DNA of 64,000 nucleotides from Anthoceros angustus (GCA_010909165.1 VJWM01000117.1:1-64000), one strand, 5' to 3'. Shown: positions 1 through 12,225, counted from the first letter of the stretch. Translations and numbers: made by a program. Notes: generated from the sequence alone by a model not told the origin.

Positions 1-1289
1 CTCACATAGGTAGAATTTGCTAGAATAGAATTTCACCCAAGATGCTTGGATGTCGAACTTAAAATCAGGATACACTAAAATAAGGAGTGAGGCAAAGGCT
101 GGAGGCGCGCTGTGGAGGTCAGTGAGGACCTCCTACAAAAGGAGGGAGCTTGTGAAGTAAAATCATCGGTTCTCCCTACCTTGAGTCCTTTGCTCCTTGT
201 GAAGGAAGTTCGTGCCGCAAGCCAACGAAGGCCCGGGTAGAGAGGGAGTTTCACGGCGGAGTGCTTGGCGGAGGGCCCTCCCGCAGTGTCTCGCGAGTTG
301 CTCCCTTGTGAATGGTTGTGGTGAATTGCTTTGCTTTGAGTGTGTGGCGATGCTCAAGGAACTCGGCTTGAGGGTCAGGGAAAGACTGGAGGTTCTCGCC
401 CCGTGTAAACTACAAAGAACCGCCCAAGGAAAACTTGTTGTTTCAGACGGACCCTGACAGCTGTAAGGGCGAGTTGGAAACAATAAGCTAGAGGTGGTAT
501 TAGAGTAGGAGGTCATGGAAGGAGAGTAAGTAGGTGTGTAGGGCTAAGAAAAGCGTTGATGATGGTAGAGGAACTGAATATTGAGGAGGGACTTAGCGTA
601 GATCATAGCCGAAGGCCCAAGGCGAGCCTAAGGGAGGTGTCCCAAATCGCGCAGAACGTGCTCCAGCAGGAGCTAGCCCGGGCTGGAGGATAACATTGCG
701 GCGGATCGTGGGGTCCCGGTGCCCAGTGATTCCACGCCGAGGCATGGCCTATAGTGTCGTGTAGGCCAGAATTGGTGAATTTTCAGGCAAGTAGTGTAGC
801 CGCTGCTGAGGGAAGTAGGATGATGCCTTGCTTGTTGAGGGGCCGTTGTAAATAAATGTGTGCATGGGTTGAACCTTCAGCCACGGCCAACCAAGATCTC
901 ATGGGACGAAACCCAACGCAAGTAGCGGCTGGGATAAGTGTGACTGGGGTGAATCTGGAAGCCGGATACGCCCACAGAGGCCCGGCAAGGCGGGAGGAGG
1001 TCGGATGGTAACCCGCGCTGCCTTTCCTAAGATAAGTGTAGTGTGAGTGGAGAGAGGAAGGACGACTAGAGGTGTGAGGGACGAGAACGACACGACGCTG
1101 AACGGGTCTTAAAGCGTTGCCACCGGCCCGTGGTGAACGCGCGGTAGTTAGGCGGAATCATGAATGTGCGACGGACGCAGTAAGACGAGAATCGCAAACG
1201 CCGCAACGAGCTCGCTATTCCCTTGGGAGCGGACTCTTCCTACAATGACACGGATTGTGCTTCTACCGGGTCCGAAGAGTCGCGTCACA
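1..1289 (+). mobile_element. 3' part of a large Gypsy-type LTR (3' or solo LTR; 5' part lies outside the window)
   Basis: Ends ...cttcctacaatgacacggattgtgc...gagtcgcgtcACA. The same terminal block ends the TSD-validated LTRs at 28230 and 30503 and the LTR near 53690. 1020-1289 also resembles 53380-53690. No PBS follows. Confidence 0.7.
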
Positions 1290-2145
1290 ATAGCTAATAC
1301 ATGCTTAGTGGTATATAGGTCTCTTATCTTCCTTTTTATTTGGAAAGAAACCAACCTAAGAAGAGATATGAATATTTTTATGTAATATAAATAATTACTA
1401 AATACTAAAATATATTAAAATAATAGTGCATCTTTGCTTAAAATTTACATCTTTTTATTAATGGATTCCTTGCAACAAGACTTTTGTAGATATTAATCTA
1501 ATTTATTATTAAAGATAAAAAATTATACATTTTAATAACTACATTGAATATTTACTTTCCATCCTTACAAAGTTTGGTCTCTTGGATAACATCAATTTTC
1601 TGGGCTCATACGTTGGGCTCCGTTGGTTAGACAATGGGAAGGTCACAGGATCGAAACCTATACAGGTTGCTCAAACTCGACATGCTGGGATTTGGGAGTC
1701 CCCGAAGTGAGAGCTGTCAGAGTGCATATGCAAGCAGCTTCAGCGGCTTCGGTGTGCCATGGCGTTTAGGCCAGGTCCCCAACCTTTCGTGGACATCCAT
1801 GGTACTGAACGTTTTTGCGGGCGCCGAAATGGGCTGGCTGCACTCAATAAAAGGTGTCTCGTATCATGTACTAGCGATTAGCGATTTTCTGGATGTGGGT
1901 GCATCAAGCTGAAATCAGGACATGGTTGCAAGCGGACAAGCAAGATTTCCCCAGTGATTCTCATGAACGAAATCGCGATCGCCACTTCATTTTCCCGTGC
2001 CCTCCCGGACTTGAGGGGATCCATATAAATGTGAGACCATTGCTGCGTAACCTTGTCATCCGCAGCTCGCGAATTTGCTCTTCTCACGCATTGCGCATAC
2101 ATACTCTCCTGAGTCCTGCTGACGTGAACTAGCTACAATAGTCCA

Positions 2146-2808
2146 ATGCCGGAATCCCATCTTGGCATTGCGGCAGGCAGCCGGCCGGTGATGTCCATTT
2201 TGGTGGCCATCACTCTGGGGAGCATCGGCATCATGTGGGCAGCTCCATGCAAGGCGGTGGAGGTGCACCCGCATGCCGACATCGTCATCCACTACAGCGC
2301 GCAGACGTTCCCCACCGAATCGGGCACCTTGGTTGTGCCCCCGGTGAGCTCGTATGCCACCACTCAATTCGGCGCCATCAGCGTGTTCGACACACCACTG
2401 GTTTCTCTGGACGAATACCAGGGGGGGCCTACAGCGGCCCGGCTGCAAGGTTTCGCGGTGTTCGACTCCAACAGCCGCCAGAGCGTCACGCTGTCGGCTG
2501 CCTTGGTCTTCACCAACAGCACGACCTTCCCGGCGGGAGCTCGCATCGACATCCAGGGCACGGTGGACTGGCCCAATGCTGCAGGCGAGCACCAGGAGCT
2601 CACATCCGCGGCCAGCATCGTGGGAGGAACCGGGCCCCTCCGCTTCGCCAAAGGATTTGTCTTTTTCTCCCCCGATTGCAACTCCAACGGAATTGTGCAG
2701 ATCACGATAACTTCCTACATTTTCCTGTCCGGCAATGCCTTCTATCCCTCGTTCGACAGCTTTGTGGCGCGGGACGTGTCTGCACGCGTGTGTGCAGAGA
2801 TACCCTAG
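2146..2808 (+). CDS. Secreted dirigent-like protein (220 aa; alternative start at 2191)
   Basis: Intact intronless ORF with high GC3. Hydrophobic signal peptide (MSILVAITLGSIGIMWAAPCKA). Dirigent motifs FGAISVFDTPL, ARLQGF and SIVGGTGPLRFAKG. Confidence 0.85.
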   Translation: MPESHLGIAAGSRPVMSILVAITLGSIGIMWAAPCKAVEVHPHADIVIHYSAQTFPTESGTLVVPPVSSYATTQFGAISVFDTPLVSLDEYQGGPTAARLQGFAVFDSNSRQSVTLSAALVFTNSTTFPAGARIDIQGTVDWPNAAGEHQELTSAASIVGGTGPLRFAKGFVFFSPDCNSNGIVQITITSYIFLSGNAFYPSFDSFVARDVSARVCAEIP

Positions 2809-3219
2809 ATACAGACATGTTGTGTTCACTTGAATCACGACAGGCCTGTTCGGCATACACACCAGATGGTAGGCAAGGAGTATCTGGATTCCTCAAGGCT
2901 AGGCCCAGCTCTGTTTGTTGTTGTTGAGATTTGAAGTTAAATGCACACTATACCAAGAACTCTAGATCGGTTGTTGGAAACTGTGATACTGCTCAAAAAC
3001 GAGTTGCTCATCGATCGGTTTATAAGTCCCTCTGACAGTGAGACTGTTTACAAAACGCATCGGCACTTGCAGTTGGTGGCAGGGAGGACACTGCGTAAAG
3101 ATTCATGTTGGAAAGAGGGTTCACAATTTGGCAACAATTGCCCACAAAAACGATCCAAAACACCCATCTTCAAACTAGTGCTTGATCGCAGTGATCGTCT
3201 ACACTAGGGGACAGGTTTG

Positions 3220-3978
3220 CTAAGTGCCGTCCACCGACAAGGCAGAGCCAAAGACGCGGAGATTACGAACATCCGCATCCAGCAACCCCTGGCCATCTTC
3301 ATCGGCCTTCCGACCGAACTGGTAGGTAAGAGAGCGACTGGCCTTCAAGGAGACGTCGGTAACAGAAGGGCGCACTGTGGCGGTGGCCACCCGCTTCTGG
3401 TCCAGGAACAAATTGGCGGTGCGAGTGCGTCGATTCCACTGAAAGGCGACGTCGAACCAGGCGCCGTCTGGGACCCGGCTGACGGAAGTGAGGACGACAA
3501 GGTCCTGTTCCGGGTCGGTTCCATTGGTGGGTATGTTCCGGCGCAGGATGACCGAGATAGTGCGCCCAACGTCGAGCGTGCTGATGAACTGCCACTGGCC
3601 GGAGCTCCAGTCAGCGAACAGGATCTGGGTGGAGCTGGGATAGCGTGGAATCCGCATGGAGAAGGTGAAGGTGAAGCTCATGGCGTAGAAGCGGACAGGG
3701 GGCAGGTTCAGGTAGCCCGGCTGCCGGATTTGCACGAAGCCTCCGTTGCCGCACTCGCCGGTGATGTCGTTGTTCGAGGCGAGAGCCACGTTGGGACCCA
3801 TGGGCACGGCTGGCCCCCGGTGCAGCTTGGATATGTCCGACAGGGTGCCATCGAAGGACCAATGCGCCAGCTCCGTCTGCCTGTTGAAGGTGCACTCCAC
3901 GAGCGGCATAAACTGGGTCGACGCCAGCACGCAAAGGGCCACAGTCGCAGCAAAAGCTACTACTCTTGCGGATGCCAT
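3220..3978 (-). CDS. Secreted LamG / concanavalin-A-like lectin-glucanase fold protein (252 aa)
   Basis: ATG at 3978, signal peptide MASARVVAFAATVALCVLA. LamG-3-like pattern: AHWSFDG...SFTFTF...WFDVAFQW...LFLDQ...FG...LLDADVRNLRVFGSALS. Intact, high GC3. Confidence 0.8.
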   Translation of the reverse strand: MASARVVAFAATVALCVLASTQFMPLVECTFNRQTELAHWSFDGTLSDISKLHRGPAVPMGPNVALASNNDITGECGNGGFVQIRQPGYLNLPPVRFYAMSFTFTFSMRIPRYPSSTQILFADWSSGQWQFISTLDVGRTISVILRRNIPTNGTDPEQDLVVLTSVSRVPDGAWFDVAFQWNRRTRTANLFLDQKRVATATVRPSVTDVSLKASRSLTYQFGRKADEDGQGLLDADVRNLRVFGSALSVDGT

Positions 3979-6039
3979 GGTCAATTTCGATAGTCGACGA
4001 CTCCTGAAGCAAAGCAAATGGATGAATGCAATTTCCTTAGGCCAATGCCAAGCTTTTATGTCCTAGACTAGCTTTTTCTCCTAGCTCACTACATTCCGAT
4101 GTGCACTGTAGTCAAAAGCTATGAAATTGACTCTTGGACATCGTCTTATCTGATCCCATGTTTCCGAGCCTCATATTCCCTGATGCCTCTAGACTTTCCT
4201 TTAGCCTCATATTCGAAGTTCAGGATCTCGAACGGTCGGAAAGCGACCTGAATGGTGATATCCAGTGGAGTAAAGCTGACTCTTAGTGTGTACACCAAAA
4301 CGCTGCCCGAGGCTGACTATGGGTAGTATGTAGGTACTTTTGTGCAGCTCGATGTAAGGTAGGCGCTGGTACCAGATAAGATCATGGCATAGCTCGTTTC
4401 TGAGAATTTACTGCCCACGAGCTTAGCTCCCCGAGCAGCCAAAATGTGGCCCTTGTGGACCACCAAAACGCAAAAACGACAGAAAAAGGACAAGATGTTT
4501 GCAACGGCGCCCGACCTCGGGTGCATCGGTCAAATTTGACTGCCGCCCGCATCTTGGGGATGGAGCTTGTTGAGTTGTGGGAAACCATAAGAATGCAGTA
4601 AGTAAGACCCACTGGAAAAAAGTGTGCACATCCGGGTCTTGGACATGCTTGCAAGTGCAGTGAACTTGCATCCTCATTGAGTAGCGCTCTATTCTACAGG
4701 TATCCCATCAACCGCCAAGGGAGGTAGCACTTTTGCAGCAACGACATTGAGCATGGAGTATTGGAGCATACAGACTGCCGCCGTTAGGAGCCCTGTCAGC
4801 CAGTAGGGCGTTAGGGCCACACACCCCTTCACGAGGAGTCGCACCTCCCTGTACAAGGCTCATTGTGCGCCAATCTTGAATTAATTGTTCTCCCTTCCAT
4901 CTTCCTCTTTTCCTACACGCCTCCTGGCCTGCATGATTTCCTATATGGTATTAAAACAGGTCCCAGGTATCCTTGTCGGAGGCCTCATCCGGCCTACACA
5001 AACGCCGCAAGACCGACTCACAAGTCAATCACAAGCAAGTGAATCACAAGCGGATGGATTGCTTGGAGCGGGGCATCCTGCCCTCACTCTAGGCCTGACC
5101 AGCGTGCTACAGCGCGTCTACCAGTAACACCCATTTTGGGCTGGCATCTGCTCCACGGCGGGTACAGATCCTCGCCCAATCCGACCCGAAGGCACTCATG
5201 GATTTATGAGCGGTGAAGCATTACTGCGGTAGTGGCGCTTCCGCACACACTTGATCCACTCCACATTGAGTCCGCCCTCTGCGCAGATTGCCCCATCTGG
5301 AGCTAAATCGGAGCTTTGCGGCTGACTTTTCTCCACGCGCTCACGCAGGATTGAAAAATTTTCAGCAATTCACAGACTCAGATACAGCGGCAACGATGCA
5401 TCACTCCAGTGCTCTCGATCCACATGGACACATGAAAAATTGCTCCCTGTCGGAGAACGATTTGGCGCACGGTGCATCAGTAGGTTGGCAGTCGACGCAC
5501 CGCGACGGAGGCTCCTCCCCCCACACTTCGCGTGGGGCCGAACGCCGCGGTGGGGTGAATCGACGCCACTATGCACATCGAACGGTGCCCATCCACTTAA
5601 ACGACGGCAGCTTCAGTAGCAATAACGGCTGGGCGAGGGTGAGTGATTGGGCGTGGGAAGCGCCGTGCACCTTGAAACGGCGCCGCGTGTAGAGTAACAC
5701 CTCTTTCATACCTCCTCTTAATTCATTAAATAGTCTCTCTCATCTTCCCATAGTTATCTTTGAAAATTATTAGTTACCTTCTAAGGCAGTTATTTTTAGA
5801 TCAAATTATCCTCTTTAGGTTCTATTATTAGTACTAGATATTATTTTAAGTGGTCTTTTCTTCTAGAAATGGCATCTTCTGATTTCGCAAGTAAGTTAGT
5901 AAATTTTTTTGATAGTACTAATTATGCCTGGTGGAGTCGTAAAATTGAGGTTTTTCTCGTCCGAGAAGACCTATGACAGCGTCTGGGTGGAAAGGGGTTT
6001 CTCTAGTAACCCCTTCTTGCACTTGGACTTGGGCGGACC

Positions 6040-6144
6040 CGTCGTTGGATTTTCACACTTCGTCGTTGGATTTTCACACTTCGTCGTTGGATTTTCACAC
6101 TTCGTCGTTGGATTTTCACACTTCGACATTGGATTTTCACACTT
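6040..6144. repeat. 21-bp tandem repeat, 5 copies (cgtcgttggattttcacactt)
   Basis: Directly visible head-to-tail copies with no spacers. Confidence 0.95.
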
Positions 6145-6275
6145 GCCCATACTCCGGACAATCTCAGTCTCGGCGTAAGAGGCTACTCGGAGCACCAGCA
6201 GGCCCAACAGAGCTTTGTTCCACGTCGCACGATGACATTGGCATCTTGACAAGATGACATTGCCCCATTTTCACC

Positions 6276-6550
6276 GGACTTACATGGAGGTGTGGAGGTT
6301 GATCTGTACCACTGGCTGTCCCATTGTGTTTTGTGGCCACCCACGCCCCCGCCGGCATACTGGATGCCCCCGCCGCCAGATACCGGATACCCCATACCGC
6401 ATACTCAAGAGTTGGACTTACATGGAGGTGTGGAGGTTGATACAACCACGTTGGTTGTCCCACAGGTTTTGGTGGCCACCACGGTCCCGCTGGCATACTC
6501 GGACGATCCTCTGTCACAAGATACTTGGGAGTCCAACTGCATACTCAGAT
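6276..6550. repeat. ~138-bp degenerate tandem duplication
   Basis: ggacttacatggaggtgtggaggttgat occurs at 6276 and 6414, with similar downstream sequence. Confidence 0.8.
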
Positions 6551-6632
6551 AGTCCCATCCACATACTGGGACAATCCTAGGGGCAGCATCCTTGGGGCAG
6601 TCCCAGTAGCCACATCCTTGGGGCACCAGTCT

Positions 6633-9265
6633 TAGGCCCGTGGAACACGATAATTTTTGAAGGGGGGATATCGACCCTCTCGAGACAAGACCCCTTGTCA
6701 CGAAGAACACCTTTCCTAGATAAAGATATGTGCCCTACTTTGATAATGCACACACCTTTCCGAGGTCATATCTTTGATAAAAGATGCACTTCAAGTCTAC
6801 ACCCGAGAACTGGAGCAATAGGGTGTGGGCCCGCTGCTTTTAGTAGAATGCATAGACTGCCATTTTCATATGTTTATTACAACCGAAAACTTTTACTTTC
6901 AAGTGGTGGAACACAATGAAAACAATCTTGTACTAGCGGGAGTCTTATTTCAATGGTCGGAGAACATTGCAACAAACAATCGCTAAAGGAAGAAGTGGTC
7001 ATCAAGATCGACAATAGTCATTCAAGAGTGCCCGACGACTCATCCATGCCTTGCGCCAAACCGAGTCAAGTACCACCGCCATATTCGGAGGCGGTCCATA
7101 TCCTCCGCCTCGGTTGTCGCTCCATTGCTTGCTCGCCTTCAATAGTACCATTCTTGGGCCGGTCGACGTGTCGATCGCCACACAAGATCTAGGGTCTCAC
7201 GACCTCATCCAAAAGGTCGCCACCGTGGTCTTCAACCTTCCGCACTCAATGCAACCACTTGGGCTTTAAGGCAATGCCAACGTCCTTAAAATGAACAAAG
7301 TTAGTTGCCCATGCGCCCATGCAAGCATCCTTAAAATCAACAAAATTGAGTTGTTAGGAAGATACGGTTTGAACACGCAACCTATTCATTACTACACTTA
7401 TTTCCCAAACACTTGACCAACAATCCCAAGTTGCAACTCTGAGGCGCTAAATATATATTTTCTTGAAGACAGCCTATGAGGAGGCGCTGCCGGCCGGCGC
7501 CCATGGGTGGGGCAGGTGTTAGGGGAGGCGCCGGCCGGCCCATGGGCAGGCGTGGGGCCGATGGGCAGGGGGGGCGCCGCCGGCCCATGGGCGGTGGTGC
7601 TAGGGAGGGCGCTGCCGGCGCCCATGGTGGTGTGTGCTAGGGGAGGACGCCGCGGCGCCCATGGGCGGTGTTAGGGGAGGCGCCGGCCACGCCCATGGGC
7701 GAGGGTGGGCGCCGGCGGCGCGGAGGCGCCGGCGGCCCATGGGTGGTGTGGGGAGGCGCCGGCCACGGCCCATGGGCGGGTTAGGGGAGGCGGCCGGCGC
7801 CCATGGGTGGTGTGCTAGGGGAGGACGCCACGGGCGCCCATGGGTGGTGTTAGGGGAGGGCCGGCCGGCCCATGGGGGTGGTGTTGAGGGGGGCCGCCCA
7901 TGCGGTGGTGCAGGGAGGCGCGGCCGCGCCCATGGGTGGGTGTGGGGAGGCGCCGGCCGGCGCCCATGGGCGGTGGTGTGTTAGAGGGCGCCGCCGGCGC
8001 CCATGAGCAGTGGCTGGGGAGGCGCCGGTCCCGGCGCCTCCTTAGCACCATCCTACGGTGCATGCGGGTGAAGCTAGGGGGACAAGAAGGAACGGCAGGT
8101 ATCCTATCACCGATGGAAGGTGTGGCCCATTTGCGAAGGGTTAAAAGATTTGCGTCCATAGGATCTGAAGAGCAAGTGGTGGGAAGCCTTTTGGGTGGAC
8201 GGAAGGAGATTGCTATCATTGTGGAGAATAACATTGGGCTAGTGCTACAGCGTCCTTGGAAGTGGTTTTCACGTGCAGAAGTGGATCATACAGCATGACC
8301 ACTTCAAGTGCTTGATGAAGCTTTGCTAGATGAGGCATTATTGAGGGACCTCCACAGCGTGATATGTACTTGGGGGCATATCAAAATGCGGGAAGGCAAC
8401 TGGGGAAATGGCACGGATGAATGGGGACATAACGGAACCGAGAGGGATGTCGCGCAAAGGCCGCAATACGGACACGCATACAGCCATTCTCGGATTGGGG
8501 AGGTCATTGACGTGAAGCTAAACGCACCACGACCTCACTTTCTTATCCACGGTATCGGACCGAGCACATAGATGCGTATGAAGGAGATATGTGTGAATAC
8601 ATAGTCCGCCAGAGTGTAACCCATCCGTCCAATGCCGAGGAAAAAGGGAATAAGATCCATTACCTAAAAACATACAGGAGGTATTTGTGAATGAAACCAT
8701 CCTCAGACATGGGGTTTGTGTTGAACGACGGAAACATCTGTATGTGGACAAAAAGCGATAAGGGATAAGCTCATCGGTTTCATACAACTCGCGAGTCAAA
8801 GTGTCAAGATAGTGATGACAATGGAGGAGAAGTCGGACCAAGTGATGACGATGGATTGAACTCGGGATGAGTGAAATCGAAATCTGCTTCCCGGGTCCCG
8901 AGTTAATGTTGTAAGTCCTGTCGATGTTTCGTGTTAGGAAATACCGTCTGCGTGGCTTTTGTGGTGTCATAACAAAACCACATTTCCATCCCAAAACCGA
9001 GTTTACTGCCCTCGCCCAGAACGGCCTTCCTCACCGCTCCTACTTTGCATCATTCCCTAGGTTCGAGTTTACACCACCATTCGACACAAACATTGCCGGA
9101 TGGAAAGTAGTAACTTTACCGGTGACACCTTTTTTCGAGTCGCTTTTCCGAATGCCTTCAAAACGCTGTTTTAGGGCCCATCAAAAACCCCCTTCAGAGA
9201 TTATTTGCGGAAAACCCCCTTCGAGATTATTAACCCCCTTCAAAAATTATCGTGTTAGGGGCCTG
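6633..9265 (-). mobile_element. Degenerate hAT DNA transposon
   Basis: Terminal inverted repeat (t/c)aggccc..aacacgataatttttgaaggggg at 6633-6666, inverse at 9234-9265. Subterminal aaccccctt repeats at 9184-9241. Minus-strand hAT-like remnants (HWTDG, NNASS, HLKWSCCMIH) at 8280-8660. No 8-bp TSD found. Confidence 0.6.
7480..8040. repeat. Very GC-rich degenerate minisatellite (~35-40 bp unit, ccatgggyggtg..aggggaggcgccggccggc)
   Basis: About 14 recurrences of the gcccatgg core with G-runs. Confidence 0.9.
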
Positions 9266-9525
9266 CCTTGTTGCCGGTGGCCACTGCTTGGCTGCGTGAG
9301 TTATTGGAGGATGATTTCCACACGAACTGCTACAACCTTTCAAGCTTGTCCGCAGCGACGTGTCTCCATGAGGTTGTAGTCAATGGCGACACCAATGACC
9401 ACCTTCAGCTGGTTATTCCGCAGGTTCAACGTGCCTTGCACATGGCCCAGCCGCCATTACCTTGAGGATCCATTCTTGGGGCCCGGTGGACGCCATATCA
9501 CCTGGTTGCCCTTGCCAGTTCAAGT

Positions 9526-10376
9526 CTCGTAGTGCTAGAGCTCTTTGGTGGCCTTTGCACAAGTGTGGAAGCCCTCTTGCAAAATGGACTGGTGGTCGCA
9601 TGCTATGTGTACTGTGATAGATGTCCAATAGCCTGGGCCAGACATCGCCTTTTGCCTTCGGAGGCTCAGAGTAGCGTTTCCTCACCGCCCTGACCACTAT
9701 GGCTGGTGTACCTTTCGGCCTATCCCATAGTTATCCGCTACCTTCCATCCTGCATCTGCTCAAGGTCTCCAATCTATATTGTGGTGGCGGTTAGAATGTC
9801 AAGGCTTCTCTGTGCTCGGACAGAGGCGCTTTGTGACGCCCTGACAAATGGCTCGGGATTTACAACGCCTTGGTGCATTGAGCATCACCCTAGGCTTCCT
9901 ATGTGTTGGAGAATACACCAGCACAATTGGATACTCAACTTCCGGTGCACCAGGACACAGCTGTCGTACAGCTGCATGTTGGGACTCCCTTGCTGCTAGA
10001 TGCTGCCCAAGTGGGAAGCTATGCCCACCGGCTTCGCAACTGGTGGACTAACTTGGCCCCGCAACCTATCCTGCAACTGGTTCTTGCATCCACCACTCGG
10101 GACCCCACTCTCAGCTTGTCCACAGTTTTGGATGGGCATCATCAGGCCCGACCTGTGCACGCCACGGAGAAACCTCCATGGTACCGCACTAACACCCCGG
10201 GCCAGCTCCGCCAGACTTTACCCACATTGGTGAGTTTCCCTAGCTCTTATGCTTACCGAGGAGAGGGCGTCAGCTTGCTCCTCAACACCAGGACCCAGCA
10301 ATGGGAGGAACCCAATGTAGAGGTACGGGCACGCCTCATGGGGTTTCCCACTCATGCAACAGCCGCACCACACGTC
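9526..10376 (+). pseudogene. DNMT3-like C5 cytosine methyltransferase domain of a Gypsy pol (copy A, frameshifted)
   Basis: Motifs in linear order: I VLELFGG (ELFGG from 9538); II-like YVYCD; IV ECQGFS (9794); VI VLENT (E at 9909); VIII DAAQVGSYAHRLRNWWTN; IX RARLMGF. Cut before motif X by the insertion at 10377. Confidence 0.88.
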
Positions 10377-10980
10377 TATGGAACGCAAAAGTTTGGGCCA
10401 CTGGATTAAGTTAGTTTGTTTTGGAACAAGACCGAATTCTTTTGGTTAAAAATAGTTTGGTGAAAACATGCTGAAACTTTTTTTGTTCCTCTTGAAATGG
10501 GAGCTGTAGGATACTGTCGGGAAGGCAGTAAGGATACGCTTGGTGCCCCTCTGCCCACGTTGATCATGTTGATCAGGACCCGTTTTGGGTTTGTGTCCAG
10601 CCCAGTTTCACACCTAGATTAAGTGGCTTTTTCTGACCTAGTTATCCGTTCATGACGGATCTATTTCCTATAACTAATATTTAAAAGAAATGACTCCTTG
10701 GATCATGGGCCAATCAGAATAAAGTATATGTTTGCCCATGTCGTTGGTTAGTGAAAACGTCTGAGCTAGGCTAAAGTATAAAGTGGAACATTTGCTAAAC
10801 TTTCACGTATCCTTCTTACCTCGACCTCGTGGCTCGGGTGTAATTGTTGAAGCCTCCAGTCTACTGGACCTGCCATGTCCCACGACTAGGAGAATCCCGG
10901 CAGTCCCGTGAGGGATCGCCATGTCTATGGCCGACAACCGGTCAGGCTGCCATGTCCATGAGTCGTGGCGATCTCTAACG
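10377..10980 (+). mobile_element. LTR-like fragment in place of RT/RNase H of Gypsy copy A
   Basis: Starts t(a)tggaacgcaaaagtttgggccac, matching LTR starts at 11588 and 36502. Right boundary is approximate. Confidence 0.5.
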
Positions 10981-10984
10981 GCCA

Positions 10985-11587
10985 CGACTAGTTCCACCAC
11001 TGGCGGACCGAGAGCAGCTGATCCGCCGAGTGCACAATGACATGGGACACTTTGGTGTCAAGCGCACCTACAGCCTGTTGGTTCCTCACTTCTATTGGCA
11101 TGGCATGCATGCCCAGGTCAAGCAACAGGTGGCTTGTTGGGAGGAATGTGACCGGGTCAAGACCTCATTTACCATCCAATAGCCGCAGCTCCACCCACTC
11201 CCGATCATGGGACTATTTTTTAGGTGGTCATGTGACTTGACAGGAGAGCTGCCAGACGCCAAGAGGGAATGTTTACTCGTTATGATGGAACATTTCTCCA
11301 AGTGGGTTGAGGTAGTGGTGCTACCAGACAAAACTTCACGGAGCACAACCCAAGCCTTCTTGCAAAACGTCTTGAGCAGTTTTGGGAGTTGTGCCGAGTG
11401 TTTCACCGACCAAGGCTCCAAATACCGGGGAGAGTTCCAAGATCTTTTGGATGCAGCCCTGATTGATCACCGTCAAACAAGCTAGTACCACCCACAGGCT
11501 GATGGATTGGCGGAGCGGATGGTTCAGACCATCAAGAAGGGGTTGAGGAAACTTTGCTTGCAGCTGCCCAAGACGGAGTAGGACTTG
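10985..11587 (+). pseudogene. pol: Ty3/Gypsy integrase (HHCC + DDE core), copy A
   Basis: HNDMGHFGVKRTY...YWHGM...C..C; FRWSCDL; EHFSKWVE; TDQG; YHPQADGLAERMVQTIK. Truncated by an LTR start (tgtggaacg) at 11588. Confidence 0.92.
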
Positions 11588-11627
11588 TGTGGAACGTAAA
11601 AGTTTGGGCACTTGTCGCGCCGTAGCT

Positions 11628-11762
11628 GCATCGCGGTCATGGCACTAAATGGGTCCATGTCTAAACCGCACTCTATCCCAACACACATCACTCACACATA
11701 CCCTAAGTGATACGGAAATGATAATATCCTACGGCCAAACAGAGGGTGAAACAAGAAATGGC
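11628..11762. repeat. Terminal repeat A, copy 1 (~135 bp; copy 2 at 12235-12373)
   Basis: gcatcgcggtcatggcactaaatggg...aaatggc is near-identical at 11628 and 12235. Confidence 0.93.
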
Positions 11763-12225
11763 AAAAACTGCGTTGGCGTCCTTCCTGTGCACATTCAAAC
11801 GTACAAGCCAAGACAAGCTCATTTGGCGCTCTTGCAAGCACTCACCACACCTTCTCATTCCGAGCCTCACACCACCGCCTACACGCAGGCGTACATAGCC
11901 CTATGTGCGAACAAACATCGACATCCGCTTGTTCTAACGCCTTTTGACCCCCTTCCGCTCGCCAGAGGCCATTAATCGCGGGTGACTTGCTTTGAGGCGC
12001 GGTGCGTGTAATCCGGCGGGGATCGTGATCTTGCCGTGATTATTCGGCCCATGCTTGGTCATCGTGTCACGCCTCCGTTCATAGGGAGATTTATGTGTTC
12101 CCATCATCCATGCCCATGCACATGAGCATATGTCATCAATGCCTATGAACATCCGTCTCATGCACACACCCCGCATTCACAATCATCACATCAATCAACA
12201 TCCTATGTGCCATGATACCGGTTGC
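11761..12225. repeat. Terminal repeat B, copy 1 (copy 2 at 34611-35116)
   Basis: gcaaaaact(g)cgttg...caagcactc...attaatcgcgggtgacttgc...cccatcatccatgcccatg is shared with 34611-35116; differences are largely indels. Confidence 0.9.

Noticed and set aside
2056-3993. Long antisense/overlapping ORFs (2056-2862 -, 2235-2927 +, 3217-3993 +)
   Set aside because: Shadows of the high-GC3 dirigent and LamG genes; they have no motifs of their own.
4100-5900. Short ORFs upstream of the LamG gene
   Set aside because: No motifs or codon bias evident; left unannotated.
6040-6144. Possible CRISPR array (also 15730-15917 and 28745-29245)
   Set aside because: Units are head-to-tail without unique spacers, there are no cas genes, and the context is eukaryotic.
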